DNA of 64,000 nt from contig MFHU01000003.1 of the NCBI GenBank assembly GCA_001778695.1, positions 1,521 through 65,520 of the forward strand, given 5' to 3'. This DNA is from Candidatus Giovannonibacteria bacterium RIFCSPHIGHO2_12_FULL_44_22. Its GTDB lineage: Bacteria > Patescibacteriota > Minisyncoccia > UBA11713 > 2-01-FULL-45-33. Each line of letters begins with the position of its first letter. Position 1 is the first letter of the stretch. This document shows positions 37,395 through 45,877 of the stretch, in pieces. The notes under the pieces are model-generated. The model had not been told where the DNA came from and did not search any database. It saw only the letters and a list, made by a program, of their open reading frames with translations. The translations under genes were made by a program, and so were the position numbers.

Positions 37395-37537
37395 GCAGAA
37401 AAACTGTTCAGGTATATTAAGCTCTTCGTCCAGAGCACCTGAACAGTCATATTCCGAAAGGAGTATGGGTGGCGAAAGCCATCGCTGGCGGAGAGCTTTG
37501 TGTTTTCCGCCAACAAGGCATAAATAAAACTGTTCAG
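37395..37537. promoter_or_regulatory. three copies of a CTGTTCAGGT 10-mer (two direct, one inverted) upstream of mod
   Basis: AAAACTGTTCAGGTAT at about 37400 and again immediately before the mod ATG. ACCTGAACAGT (inverted) at about 37440. Candidate operator or phase-control sites. Confidence 0.35.
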
Positions 37538-37539
37538 GT

Positions 37540-39147
37540 ATGCCAAAAAAATTACAATTACAAGATTGGACAAAAGAGCAACTCGTTGATGAGGTTGCGC
37601 GACTTCGTAAACGCAAGAAATACGGCCTTGTCTGGGAAGATAAGCCGGAAGATGTTGTTGAGCAATGCAAGACGGAATTGCCGGTGCTCAAGGAAGTGAA
37701 GAATAAGGCGATTGCGAAAGACAAAAACGGCCCCGTGAACATTCTGATTGAGGGCGACAATTACCACGCTCTCTCGGTCCTTAATTACACGCATAAAGGC
37801 AAGATTGATGTCATCTACATTGACCCGCCGTATAACACTGGAAATAAAGATTTTATTTACAATGACAATTTTGTAGATGCGGAAGACCCATACCGACATA
37901 GCAAATGGCTTTCGTTTATAGAAAAGCGATTAAAATTGGCACATTCTCTATTAAAAAATAGTGGTGCGATATTTATTTCTATTGATGATAACGAGGTGAC
38001 GCAATTGAAATTATTATGTGATGAGATTTTTGGCAAGAGAAATTTTGTTGAATGTATATCTTGGGAAAAGAAATCATCTGCAAAAGGAGTGCCTCCAAAG
38101 AATATGATTGTAAATGTCCACGAGTATATTTTGGTCTATCAAAAATCAGATAAATTTTCATTCTTGGGCGAGCCGAGAAGTGAAGAAAGTTTTAGCAATC
38201 CAGACAATGACCCACGAGGGCCGTGGCGAAATACGAATATAAAAAGCACGGTAAAGGACAGGTCTCACGCATTTTTAATCACCGACCCAAAAACTGGCAA
38301 TGTTTTTACTGACACTTGGGCGTTTAGCAAAAATGAGCTTGAAAGATTGATAAAAGAAAGGTATTTAATTTTCCCAAAAAATAAAAACGGCCAAGTAAGA
38401 GCAAAAGAATTTTACAATGAATTTAAAAATGCAAACATTCCGATAAAATCATCTTGGGGTTTGTTTGATAATCAAAAAAATACCGAGATGTTAAAAAAAA
38501 TTCTCGGCGATATAGTTTTCTTAAATCCCAAGCCGTTAGATTTGATAATTTATTTACTGAAAAGCGCGGCCAGCAAGGATGCTGTTGTTTTGGATTTTTT
38601 TGCTGGTTCGGGGACAACTGTTCACGCTTTATTAGTGGTTAATAGGCAGGATAAGGGTAAGCGTAAGTTTATTCTTTGCACTAACAATGAAAATAATATC
38701 GCAACCGATGTTTGCTATCCAAGAATAAAAGCAGTGATTGACGGGCATAAAGATTATCGGGACATTACAGGAATACCAAGCAATCTCAAATACTTCCGCA
38801 CAGCGTTTGTCGGCGCAGAGCCGAATGATAAAAACAAAGAAGCGTTGACCAAGCAAGCAACCGAAATGCTCTGTATGCGCGAAGATACCTTTGAGTCGGT
38901 AAAAGAGACAGGTGCGGTAAAGATTTTCAAAAACCCAAAACAGCATACGGGCATTGTTTTTGACGAGGATGCTATCCCCGCACTCAAAAAAGAAATTTCC
39001 AAGATTGGCGGCGTATGGAGCGTGTATATCTTCTCTCTTGGTGATGACACTTTTGAGGACGAGTTTGAGGATATGAAAGAGAAAATAACTGTTGCGCCGA
39101 TACCCGAAGCGATTTTGCGGGTCTATCGGCGTTTATTCAAACCATAA
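37540..39147 (+). CDS. mod: Type III restriction-modification system methyltransferase (Mod), beta-class N6A/N4C MTase
   Basis: DVIYIDPPYN (motif IV) precedes FFAGSGTT (motif I). 535 aa. Confidence 0.85.
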   Translation: MPKKLQLQDWTKEQLVDEVARLRKRKKYGLVWEDKPEDVVEQCKTELPVLKEVKNKAIAKDKNGPVNILIEGDNYHALSVLNYTHKGKIDVIYIDPPYNTGNKDFIYNDNFVDAEDPYRHSKWLSFIEKRLKLAHSLLKNSGAIFISIDDNEVTQLKLLCDEIFGKRNFVECISWEKKSSAKGVPPKNMIVNVHEYILVYQKSDKFSFLGEPRSEESFSNPDNDPRGPWRNTNIKSTVKDRSHAFLITDPKTGNVFTDTWAFSKNELERLIKERYLIFPKNKNGQVRAKEFYNEFKNANIPIKSSWGLFDNQKNTEMLKKILGDIVFLNPKPLDLIIYLLKSAASKDAVVLDFFAGSGTTVHALLVVNRQDKGKRKFILCTNNENNIATDVCYPRIKAVIDGHKDYRDITGIPSNLKYFRTAFVGAEPNDKNKEALTKQATEMLCMREDTFESVKETGAVKIFKNPKQHTGIVFDEDAIPALKKEISKIGGVWSVYIFSLGDDTFEDEFEDMKEKITVAPIPEAILRVYRRLFKP

Positions 39148-39148
39148 T

Positions 39149-41398
39149 ATGGCTTTTCAACTTACAAAATATCAAGACAAAGCGGCCCGCGAACTTCTGA
39201 TTAAATCAGAAGAACTTTTGAGCACTGGCAATCCCAAGACACTTGTCTTTAAGGCACCAACTGGCTCTGGAAAAACAATAATTATAGCAGAGTTTTTGAC
39301 ACGATTTTCGGATGACCACGACCATTCGCCTTGTGCGTTTATATGGGCCGCTCCTCACAAATTGCACGAGCAGAGCAAGGAGAAACTTGAGCAGTATTTT
39401 GAAAACACGCGAGCAATGGAATGTTCGTTTTTTGAGGATTTGGACGACCGGCAAATCGGCGAAAACGAAATCTTATTTTTTAACTGGGAGAGCATCCGGC
39501 GCGAAGACCTTATTTATATCCGAGAAAACGAACAGGACAATAACCTTTCAAGCGTTCTTGAACGAACACACAAAGCTGGACGAAAAATTATTTTAATTAT
39601 TGATGAAAGCCATCTCCACGCACCTGCCGAAACTTCTCAAAATCTCAAAAACGATATTGCGCCTGACCTGATTATAGAAACATCCGCAACCCCAACCCTT
39701 CCCGGAGACGATAATGTTACGGTGCAAATTGAAGCTGTTAAAGCGGAAGAAATGATAAAGAAAGCAGTGATACTCAATGAGGATTTCAAAAGCGTGGTGC
39801 GCCGTGGCCGCACCGAAACCATAAAGAGCGAGCTTGCCGGTAGTACCGATGATACTGTTTTGCGAGAAGCGTTGAAGAAGCGCGAGGAGCTTGTCCGAGC
39901 ATATAAAGCAGAAGGTGTTGCCGTAAATCCATTACTTCTTATCCAGTTGCCGAACCGTATTGGTCAGGCGGAGGAAGACCGCCAAACAATAATTGTACGG
40001 ACTCTCAATGATAAGCACGGCATCAGTGTTGAAAATGGCAAACTTGCCTTCTATATTTCAGAAAATAAAGAGAACTCTGAAAATATCTCTCGGAATGATA
40101 ACGAAGCCGAGGTTTTGATATTCAAGCAGGCCGTTGCACACGGCTGGGATTGCCCGCGAGCGCATATACTTGTGCTCTTTCGTGAGTGGCATAGCCCTGT
40201 GTTTTCCATTCAAACGCTCGGCCGGATTATGAGAGTGTCGGAGCCGGAGCACGGGTATTACGATAACGACATACTCAATTTTGCTTATGTTTATACGAAC
40301 ATTGACGACATTGTAATTCAAGAGGACATCGGTGGCGGATATGTAGTGATACATACCAGCAAACGAATTGCGAAATACAAGTCGGTTGAATTGCCATCGG
40401 TTCACCGCAAACGGCATCGTGAGCAGACGCGCTTGAGCCCGCTTTTTACACGGCTATTTCTTATGGAAGCGCAAAAATATACAAGCAAGGATAAAAAGAA
40501 AAAGGGCCTTGAAAAGATAATAAAACCCAAAGGCCAGCGTGTTCAGCAGGCGTTTATTTCTGACTGGAAAGCAGAAAACATAGATACTATTGCAGGCGAG
40601 CGCATACAAGCAGATGTGCAGATTGAAAGAGCAAGCGATATGGACCTTCAAAGGTTGTTTGATTATTTTGTGCGCAAAAATCTCTCTCCGTTTCACCCCG
40701 AAGACCGGTCCGTGGGCCGTCTGAAAGAGTCAATCTATAAGTTTTTTGATAAAGAGATGAGAATGACGAGGGCCGAGCATTTCCGGGATATCATAAACAT
40801 TGTCTTGAGCGAAGATAACCGGCCGCATTTTGAGGCAGTGATAGATAGTGCCAAACGCGCCTATATTGCGACAGCAGAGAAACGAGAGAAAGAAATAGTG
40901 GAAGATGTTTGGGAAGTGCCGGAGCGTGTCGCTTTCGGAAAAGGATATGTTGAAGCAAAACCAAAAAAGAAAAAATCCGTAATGAAGCCGTTTTTTTCTG
41001 ACGAACGCTGGCAATCTGAAAAAGCATTTATTGACTTTTTGGATAAGCCGCGAAATGATGTATCGTGGTGGTTCAAAAATGGAGACCGAGATGCGACTTT
41101 CTTCGCCGTGCAGTATAAAGATGGCAATGACTCGGCCCCGTTTTATGTTGATTTCGTGGTTATGATGAAAGACGGGAGTATCGGGCTATTTGACCCACAC
41201 GGGCTTCATCTGGCCGATTTTGGTGCGAAATCAGATGGTCTGCGAGCATACATAGCCCACTTGAAGAAAAAGGGCCGCAAGGTATCCGGTGGTATTATTG
41301 CGAATACCAAACCCGATTATACCGGCCAGTGGATGGTCTATGAAGGCAACGGAAAAAACGCGCGAGAGGGCAACTGGGATAACTGGAAACAACTTTAA
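39149..41398 (+). CDS. res: Type III restriction enzyme Res subunit (SF2 helicase-nuclease)
   Basis: Walker A KAPTGSGKTII, DEAH-like IIDESH, further helicase motifs. Start immediately after the mod stop. Confidence 0.82.
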   Translation: MAFQLTKYQDKAARELLIKSEELLSTGNPKTLVFKAPTGSGKTIIIAEFLTRFSDDHDHSPCAFIWAAPHKLHEQSKEKLEQYFENTRAMECSFFEDLDDRQIGENEILFFNWESIRREDLIYIRENEQDNNLSSVLERTHKAGRKIILIIDESHLHAPAETSQNLKNDIAPDLIIETSATPTLPGDDNVTVQIEAVKAEEMIKKAVILNEDFKSVVRRGRTETIKSELAGSTDDTVLREALKKREELVRAYKAEGVAVNPLLLIQLPNRIGQAEEDRQTIIVRTLNDKHGISVENGKLAFYISENKENSENISRNDNEAEVLIFKQAVAHGWDCPRAHILVLFREWHSPVFSIQTLGRIMRVSEPEHGYYDNDILNFAYVYTNIDDIVIQEDIGGGYVVIHTSKRIAKYKSVELPSVHRKRHREQTRLSPLFTRLFLMEAQKYTSKDKKKKGLEKIIKPKGQRVQQAFISDWKAENIDTIAGERIQADVQIERASDMDLQRLFDYFVRKNLSPFHPEDRSVGRLKESIYKFFDKEMRMTRAEHFRDIINIVLSEDNRPHFEAVIDSAKRAYIATAEKREKEIVEDVWEVPERVAFGKGYVEAKPKKKKSVMKPFFSDERWQSEKAFIDFLDKPRNDVSWWFKNGDRDATFFAVQYKDGNDSAPFYVDFVVMMKDGSIGLFDPHGLHLADFGAKSDGLRAYIAHLKKKGRKVSGGIIANTKPDYTGQWMVYEGNGKNAREGNWDNWKQL

Positions 41399-41400
41399 CT

Positions 41401-41586
41401 TTGAATATGGCAACATTTGGTAGCGGGACGCCGGAGAGCCCGGACAACAAATCTATAAGAGCCCAGCTTGAGGAGCTCAAGAAGCTCAACTCATCTACTG
41501 CTTCTTACAACAAGCTCATCATTGGCATAGCGTTGTCCACGCTTATCGTGAGCATTGTCGGCGTGATAATTGCGCTATGGAAATAA
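41401..41586 (+). CDS. small single-TM protein
   Basis: 61 aa with a C-terminal TM helix. Tightly packed after res. Confidence 0.3.
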   Translation: MNMATFGSGTPESPDNKSIRAQLEELKKLNSSTASYNKLIIGIALSTLIVSIVGVIIALWK

Positions 41587-42098
41587 ACAAAGAAACAATA
41601 AAAGAGTATGCCAATAGATACGATAGGCGTAGTAAGGGAACAGATGATGAGATTGCGGCAAATGAAATAACGAAATGGTTTAAGACGCATAGGTATTTGG
41701 ACAAGGAAAGATTTATGAGAGTTGCGCTTTGGAAGTCAAAAAGACCACAAAGGCATTACGCAAGCAATGACAATGCGATTGTTAAAGAAATCACCCAGTT
41801 TAGTTTGGCAACGAAAAACGAGGAGGTAAGATTAAAAGTCCTTTTTGCCATCAACGGCGTGTCATATCCTATCGCCTCGGTCATTCTTCACTTCGCATTT
41901 CCAGATAAATACCCGATATTGGATTTCAGAGTGATATGGTCTCTCGGTATAAAACAGCCCAAAAGCTATAATTTTGCTTTTTGGCAAAAGTATTGTGATA
42001 ATGTAAGGGATATTTCAAAAGAAATGGGCGAAAGCATAAGAACGGTGGATAAAGCTCTATGGGAGTATTCAAAAGAGCATCAAACTAAAGAGAAATAA
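41577..42098 (+). CDS. hypothetical protein with helix-hairpin-helix-like segment (OGG/EndoIII-like pattern)
   Basis: LKVLFAINGVSYPIASVILHFAFPDKYPILDFRVIWSLGI resembles the LxGVGxxTAxxIL...PVDxHV HhH-GPD pattern. Tentative. Confidence 0.35.
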   Translation: MEINKETIKEYANRYDRRSKGTDDEIAANEITKWFKTHRYLDKERFMRVALWKSKRPQRHYASNDNAIVKEITQFSLATKNEEVRLKVLFAINGVSYPIASVILHFAFPDKYPILDFRVIWSLGIKQPKSYNFAFWQKYCDNVRDISKEMGESIRTVDKALWEYSKEHQTKEK

Positions 42099-42266
42099 TG
42101 ATGTAATCACTTTGCATTTCTTCCCAATAGTAATTGAAGATATATATTTAGATTGGGAATCAAAAATAAAAGAAGATGGGACTATTGAAGTTTTGCTCAC
42201 CAATTTTTATAAGCCATAAATAACACAATTAGTGCGAGATGGTAAATGGTATAGTATGTTAGAAAT

Positions 42267-42710
42267 ATGACCAAATTATTAAAGGAGCAATTTGTTCAGG
42301 ATTGTATTTCTAACTATTTATCAAAACTCGGCTACCACAAACAAGAGCCGAAAGGATTAAGAGAGCACGGAGTTGATATAAAAGTTAAGCATAAAAATTT
42401 CGGCAGGTATTATTTGGTTGAGGTTAAGGGAGACCCCGGTAAAGACGTAAAATCACCGGGCGGTAGCAGGAATAGCTGTATGAACTCGGCAATCGGGCAA
42501 ATTATTACCAGAATGCATACCAACCGCAAAAGGGGCTATAAATATGGTTACAAATACGGCATCGGTTTCCCGATTTCTTTTAAGGAAAGAGTTATTAACA
42601 AAATACCCTACGATGTCTGCGACAAACTAAATCTTAATTTGTTTTTTGTTCACCCGTCTGGGGTAGTTGAAGCATATAATGATAAAAAATTAAAAGCATT
42701 ACAAAAATGA
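42267..42710 (+). CDS. hypothetical PD-(D/E)xK-like nuclease-fold protein
   Basis: HGVDIKVKH...YYLVEVKGD gives a D...E-x-K arrangement typical of restriction-endonuclease-like folds. Tentative. Confidence 0.35.
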   Translation: MTKLLKEQFVQDCISNYLSKLGYHKQEPKGLREHGVDIKVKHKNFGRYYLVEVKGDPGKDVKSPGGSRNSCMNSAIGQIITRMHTNRKRGYKYGYKYGIGFPISFKERVINKIPYDVCDKLNLNLFFVHPSGVVEAYNDKKLKALQK

Positions 42711-42988
42711 TTTCCAATTCAAACGAAGAAAAATCAGCGAAGAAAACCGATGATTTTAAGTTGAGCGATTTGTGTAAGTGCGGACATACATACGGCTCGC
42801 ATCCCTTCCTAAAAATACGCACCGAAGGCTTTCCAATGCCGCCCGCTTATTCTTGCATTAGTTGTAAATGCCAAAAATTTGAACTAAGTAGCAAGTATAT
42901 TACCGAAGACCGGAAACAAGAACTGCAACAGCTATTAGTAAATGCCGTGAAAGAAAAGCTAAGGAACAAGAGTGAAAATAACGAGTAG
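42707..42988 (+). CDS. Cys-rich small protein (putative zinc-binding)
   Basis: CKCGH...CISCKC arrangement. 93 aa. Confidence 0.4.
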   Translation: MISNSNEEKSAKKTDDFKLSDLCKCGHTYGSHPFLKIRTEGFPMPPAYSCISCKCQKFELSSKYITEDRKQELQQLLVNAVKEKLRNKSENNE

Positions 42989-43027
42989 CGGTAGAAAAAC
43001 TTTTTAGAACAAGTTAGATTTGGCTAT

Positions 43028-43225
43028 ATGAAAACAATCAAAGAAATATCGGAAAAGTGGGTTAAAAACTCACTTCGGGCATATCTTGAGGGCGAAAAAG
43101 ACCTCAAGTGGATTCAAGGCATTTTACGAGGAATGAGCAAGAACGAAGTAATGGGGCTTTTAAGCTCTCTACAATATGGCTTACCGGAGAGGCGCAATGA
43201 ATTGAATCAATGGCTCAATACTTAG
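43028..43225 (+). CDS. hypothetical small protein
   Basis: 65-aa ORF in a co-directional tight array. Confidence 0.3.
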   Translation: MKTIKEISEKWVKNSLRAYLEGEKDLKWIQGILRGMSKNEVMGLLSSLQYGLPERRNELNQWLNT

Positions 43226-43237
43226 TTAAGATAATTT

Positions 43238-43510
43238 ATGTTTTTCAAAAGCAGATTAAAGGAAATAGAAGAGGAAATTCTGAGAAAACGGAATGGTATT
43301 TTTGGGGATGGCACTGTCAATTTTGGCAATTCTTTTAATGCACGAAAAACAGAAATTGAGGCACAGGTTGCGATTTTAGAAGCGGAAAGACGTTTCATTA
43401 TAGATAGGAGAAATGGTTGGAAACCGAAAGTTATTTGGGATGTGCTTGTCCCAATTGTCGTAGCTGTGGCAACTGCTTATATCGTGGCCACTTTCGTCTC
43501 CGGGGCTTAA
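43238..43510 (+). CDS. hypothetical protein with C-terminal TM anchor
   Basis: 90 aa. Coiled-coil N-terminus, then TM helix (VIWDVLVPIVVAVATAYIVATFV). Confidence 0.35.
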   Translation: MFFKSRLKEIEEEILRKRNGIFGDGTVNFGNSFNARKTEIEAQVAILEAERRFIIDRRNGWKPKVIWDVLVPIVVAVATAYIVATFVSGA

Positions 43511-43689
43511 TAGTTTATGACCAAACATTACGACAAAGAAACGAGCGAAGAAATAGACGAAAATATCCACGAGCTGATGGAAAGCCACAATTTAGACAAA
43601 GATGAAGCGGAAAAAGTCCAAGAAATTATGGACGATTACGACTTGGACGAAAGCGATGCCGTTGAACTCAAAGATGACTTATAAAATTT

Positions 43690-43965
43690 ATGTTAAATTT
43701 CAGCCCCAAAAAATGCCTTTGTAATGTTGCCGATTGCGGCAAATGTTTAACTCTGGGGTGCACAAATGATAGCTGTAGCACTCATCGCATAGTAACTAAA
43801 TGGCGATACAGAAAACACCTTTTGGAAAGTTTAACAAACAAGATTGAAAAAATGCGTGACAGCAAACCTGAAAAAGAATTGGCGACTTTACGAAAAGATA
43901 TAAAAACTTGCAAAGAAGAAGTTAAAAGGTTGGGCGAGGTTATGGGTATGAAAAATAATGAGTAG
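43690..43965 (+). CDS. zinc-ribbon small protein
   Basis: N-terminal CLCNVADCGKCLTLGCTNDSCSTH (six Cys plus His), then a coiled coil. Confidence 0.4.
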   Translation: MLNFSPKKCLCNVADCGKCLTLGCTNDSCSTHRIVTKWRYRKHLLESLTNKIEKMRDSKPEKELATLRKDIKTCKEEVKRLGEVMGMKNNE

Positions 43966-44015
43966 CGGGATGAGGCTGAGTAGTAAAAATTACAAAAACC
44001 TGATATTTATTAAAT

Positions 44016-44612
44016 ATGCCTTTGGACAATTCTCAAAATCAAGCAACAAACGCAATCTATGTCTTTATTGACGCATCCAATTTGTGGGAGGCATTCAAGG
44101 CGAAGGGTAGATTTTTAGATTTTGAGAAGACGACAAAGTATATTAAAGAAAAGTTTAGCGGAACATCTATAAAAGCTTTTTACTATACGGCTTATCCAGC
44201 AGAGGGCACAAGAAATTACAGTTTGGACGGCAAACATAAATTTTTTACATACCTAAAAAAGGCATTGGGATTCGCAGTTATAAAGAAGGAGCTGAAAAGA
44301 ATCAGTGTAATAAATGAGCACGGCGAAGCAATAGAAGAAAAAGGCAATATGGATGTAGAGATGACCATAGATGCTATGCTTCATTTCAAAAAATATGACA
44401 CGGCGATTTTCTTTACTGGAGATTCCGATTTTCTGGCACTTGTAACATATTTGAAAAATCACGGGAAAAAAGTTTTTATATTTTCTTCAGAAAACAATGT
44501 GTCGCAGGAGTTGAGAACTGGCGCAAATGGCTATACCGATATTCTGGATGTTGATGGTGTCTGGGGCAAAGAGTTGAAACACAGAGCCGAATTAGAAAAG
44601 GAGGGTAGATAA
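44016..44612 (+). CDS. NYN-domain (LabA-like PIN-fold) putative RNase
   Basis: IYVFIDASNL, VEMTIDAM and FTGDSDF acidic residues match the NYN/LabA pattern. Confidence 0.78.
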   Translation: MPLDNSQNQATNAIYVFIDASNLWEAFKAKGRFLDFEKTTKYIKEKFSGTSIKAFYYTAYPAEGTRNYSLDGKHKFFTYLKKALGFAVIKKELKRISVINEHGEAIEEKGNMDVEMTIDAMLHFKKYDTAIFFTGDSDFLALVTYLKNHGKKVFIFSSENNVSQELRTGANGYTDILDVDGVWGKELKHRAELEKEGR

Positions 44613-44615
44613 AAA

Positions 44616-44639
44616 GCAACCCTCCTCGCGGAGGGTTGC
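44616..44639 (+). terminator. stem-loop after the NYN gene (terminator-like, no T-tract)
   Basis: GCAACCCTCC-TCGC-GGAGGGTTGC perfect 10-bp stem. Confidence 0.4.
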
Positions 44640-45060
44640 CCTTGGATGTTATACCCTTTCAGTTATGACTAACCGAAAGACAATATTAGTGTAGCAAATC
44701 AGCATACCCCGTCAATAACAAGTATTGGGTATAAATAGTGAATAGCGGGGGCGGGGTAAGTTTATGCGTTGGAGTAAGTTCTTAAATCCGGCACATAAAT
44801 ATATTCCTTTTGTCTTGCTATAATAGTTCTAACGTCCTCTACAATGCGACCCAAAATTATAAAAACAAAATTTCTAAATAAAAAAGGGCCCCGCGCGTGA
44901 AAGCGAAGGGCCTCAAAAGATGATAAACATAGCAAAGATAATTTTTTAATCGCAAGTCAGGATTATTAGTCCGACTAAAGTCTTTCGACTTCCCGCAAGG
45001 TTTGATCTTATCTCCCCCGGGGCCAATTAATATTTTATATTTGCCAGTTTTGTTTGGAAA

Positions 45061-45876
45061 CTACGCTGCTTCAAGGTCTTCTATATAGACCTGGGCGTAA
45101 TGTATGTCGTCTAAATGCCCACCACAATTTTGGTCCTTAAGATTATTCTCTCCACAAAGGGGGCAACAACGGCGTGGAACTATTTTCCCGGACGCGCTTA
45201 GATCGGACCTGTTAGAAATCGGAAATGTATATTTTTTTCCGAATTTCCAAACAATAATGCTATGATCTACAATCTCTTTGTTTCTGAGATTCCAATGGTT
45301 TATCCCAAGAGCCCCTCCTAGGCCAAGTATGAAAGCAACAATTAACCATACCTGATCCATAAAAGACCATTCGCCAAACCTAGTCACGGTCTGTTCCTTG
45401 GCGAGCAAGGCCTCCTTTAGCTTAACGTTTTCTACGCTCAACCTATCTCTTTCGCGAGCTCTTTCAACCAGTTCTTGACGTATTCTTTGTAATTCGTTTT
45501 CTTTCTTGTCGCGATCCGCGTTGGCCGTTTTTAGGTCATTTTCAAGCGTCGCTATCCGCGCAGATCTAGCTTGGTTTTCACCTCTTTCAGCATCCGCCAT
45601 ATAAATTTGGGCGGACACATTGGCCATTCTCTCTTCCGGAGATTGGCTGCAATTTTTCGGTAGAACAATCTCTTGGCCGATTGGTAATTTTCGCGGGTTG
45701 GCCAACGTCAAATTGCTGTCAATCATTATATCCGCAATCCATCCCGGATGGCAACCGGCTTTTTTCATAACAGAACTTAATGTCTGGCCTCTGGCCAGCT
45801 TCACAACATCTTGCGCTGAAGCCATTCGCGGCTCCAGCGCTCCAAACAAAATAAACAAACCGAGTACTAATTTCAT
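45061..45876 (-). CDS. LysM-domain membrane protein with coiled coil and C-terminal Cys cluster
   Basis: Start at the Met after FtsZ. Signal/TM N-terminus, LysM-like VKLARGQTLSSVMKK...IGQEIVLP, coiled coil, TM helix, C-terminus RRCCPLCGEN...CGGH. Confidence 0.55.
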   Translation of the reverse strand: MKLVLGLFILFGALEPRMASAQDVVKLARGQTLSSVMKKAGCHPGWIADIMIDSNLTLANPRKLPIGQEIVLPKNCSQSPEERMANVSAQIYMADAERGENQARSARIATLENDLKTANADRDKKENELQRIRQELVERARERDRLSVENVKLKEALLAKEQTVTRFGEWSFMDQVWLIVAFILGLGGALGINHWNLRNKEIVDHSIIVWKFGKKYTFPISNRSDLSASGKIVPRRCCPLCGENNLKDQNCGGHLDDIHYAQVYIEDLEAA

Positions 45877-45877
45877 A

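Larger units (their letters stand above)
32189..44640. mobile_element. putative integrated element at tRNA-His (serine recombinase, Rep_trans-like protein, Type III R-M, cargo genes); right boundary uncertain
   Basis: Recombinase gene overlaps the tRNA-His 3' end. Block contains replication-type and restriction-modification genes plus many small ORFs. No direct repeat of the tRNA 3' end was found, as expected for serine recombinases. Confidence 0.5.

Noticed and set aside
37362-37760. 132-aa minus-strand ORF overlapping the mod promoter and 5' end
   Set aside because: Overlaps the start of the strongly supported mod gene and the repeated operator-like 10-mers. No ribosome-binding site or motif.
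44640-45060. Search for an attR (direct repeat of the tRNA-His 3' end) and for an ncRNA in the 420-bp intergenic region after the NYN gene
   Set aside because: No copy of the tRNA-His 3' segment was found. Serine recombinases need only a 2-bp crossover, so absence is uninformative. The interval contains GGGCC/CCCCGGGGGCC-type hairpins, but I could not match them to SRP, tmRNA, RNase P or 6S signatures by eye.
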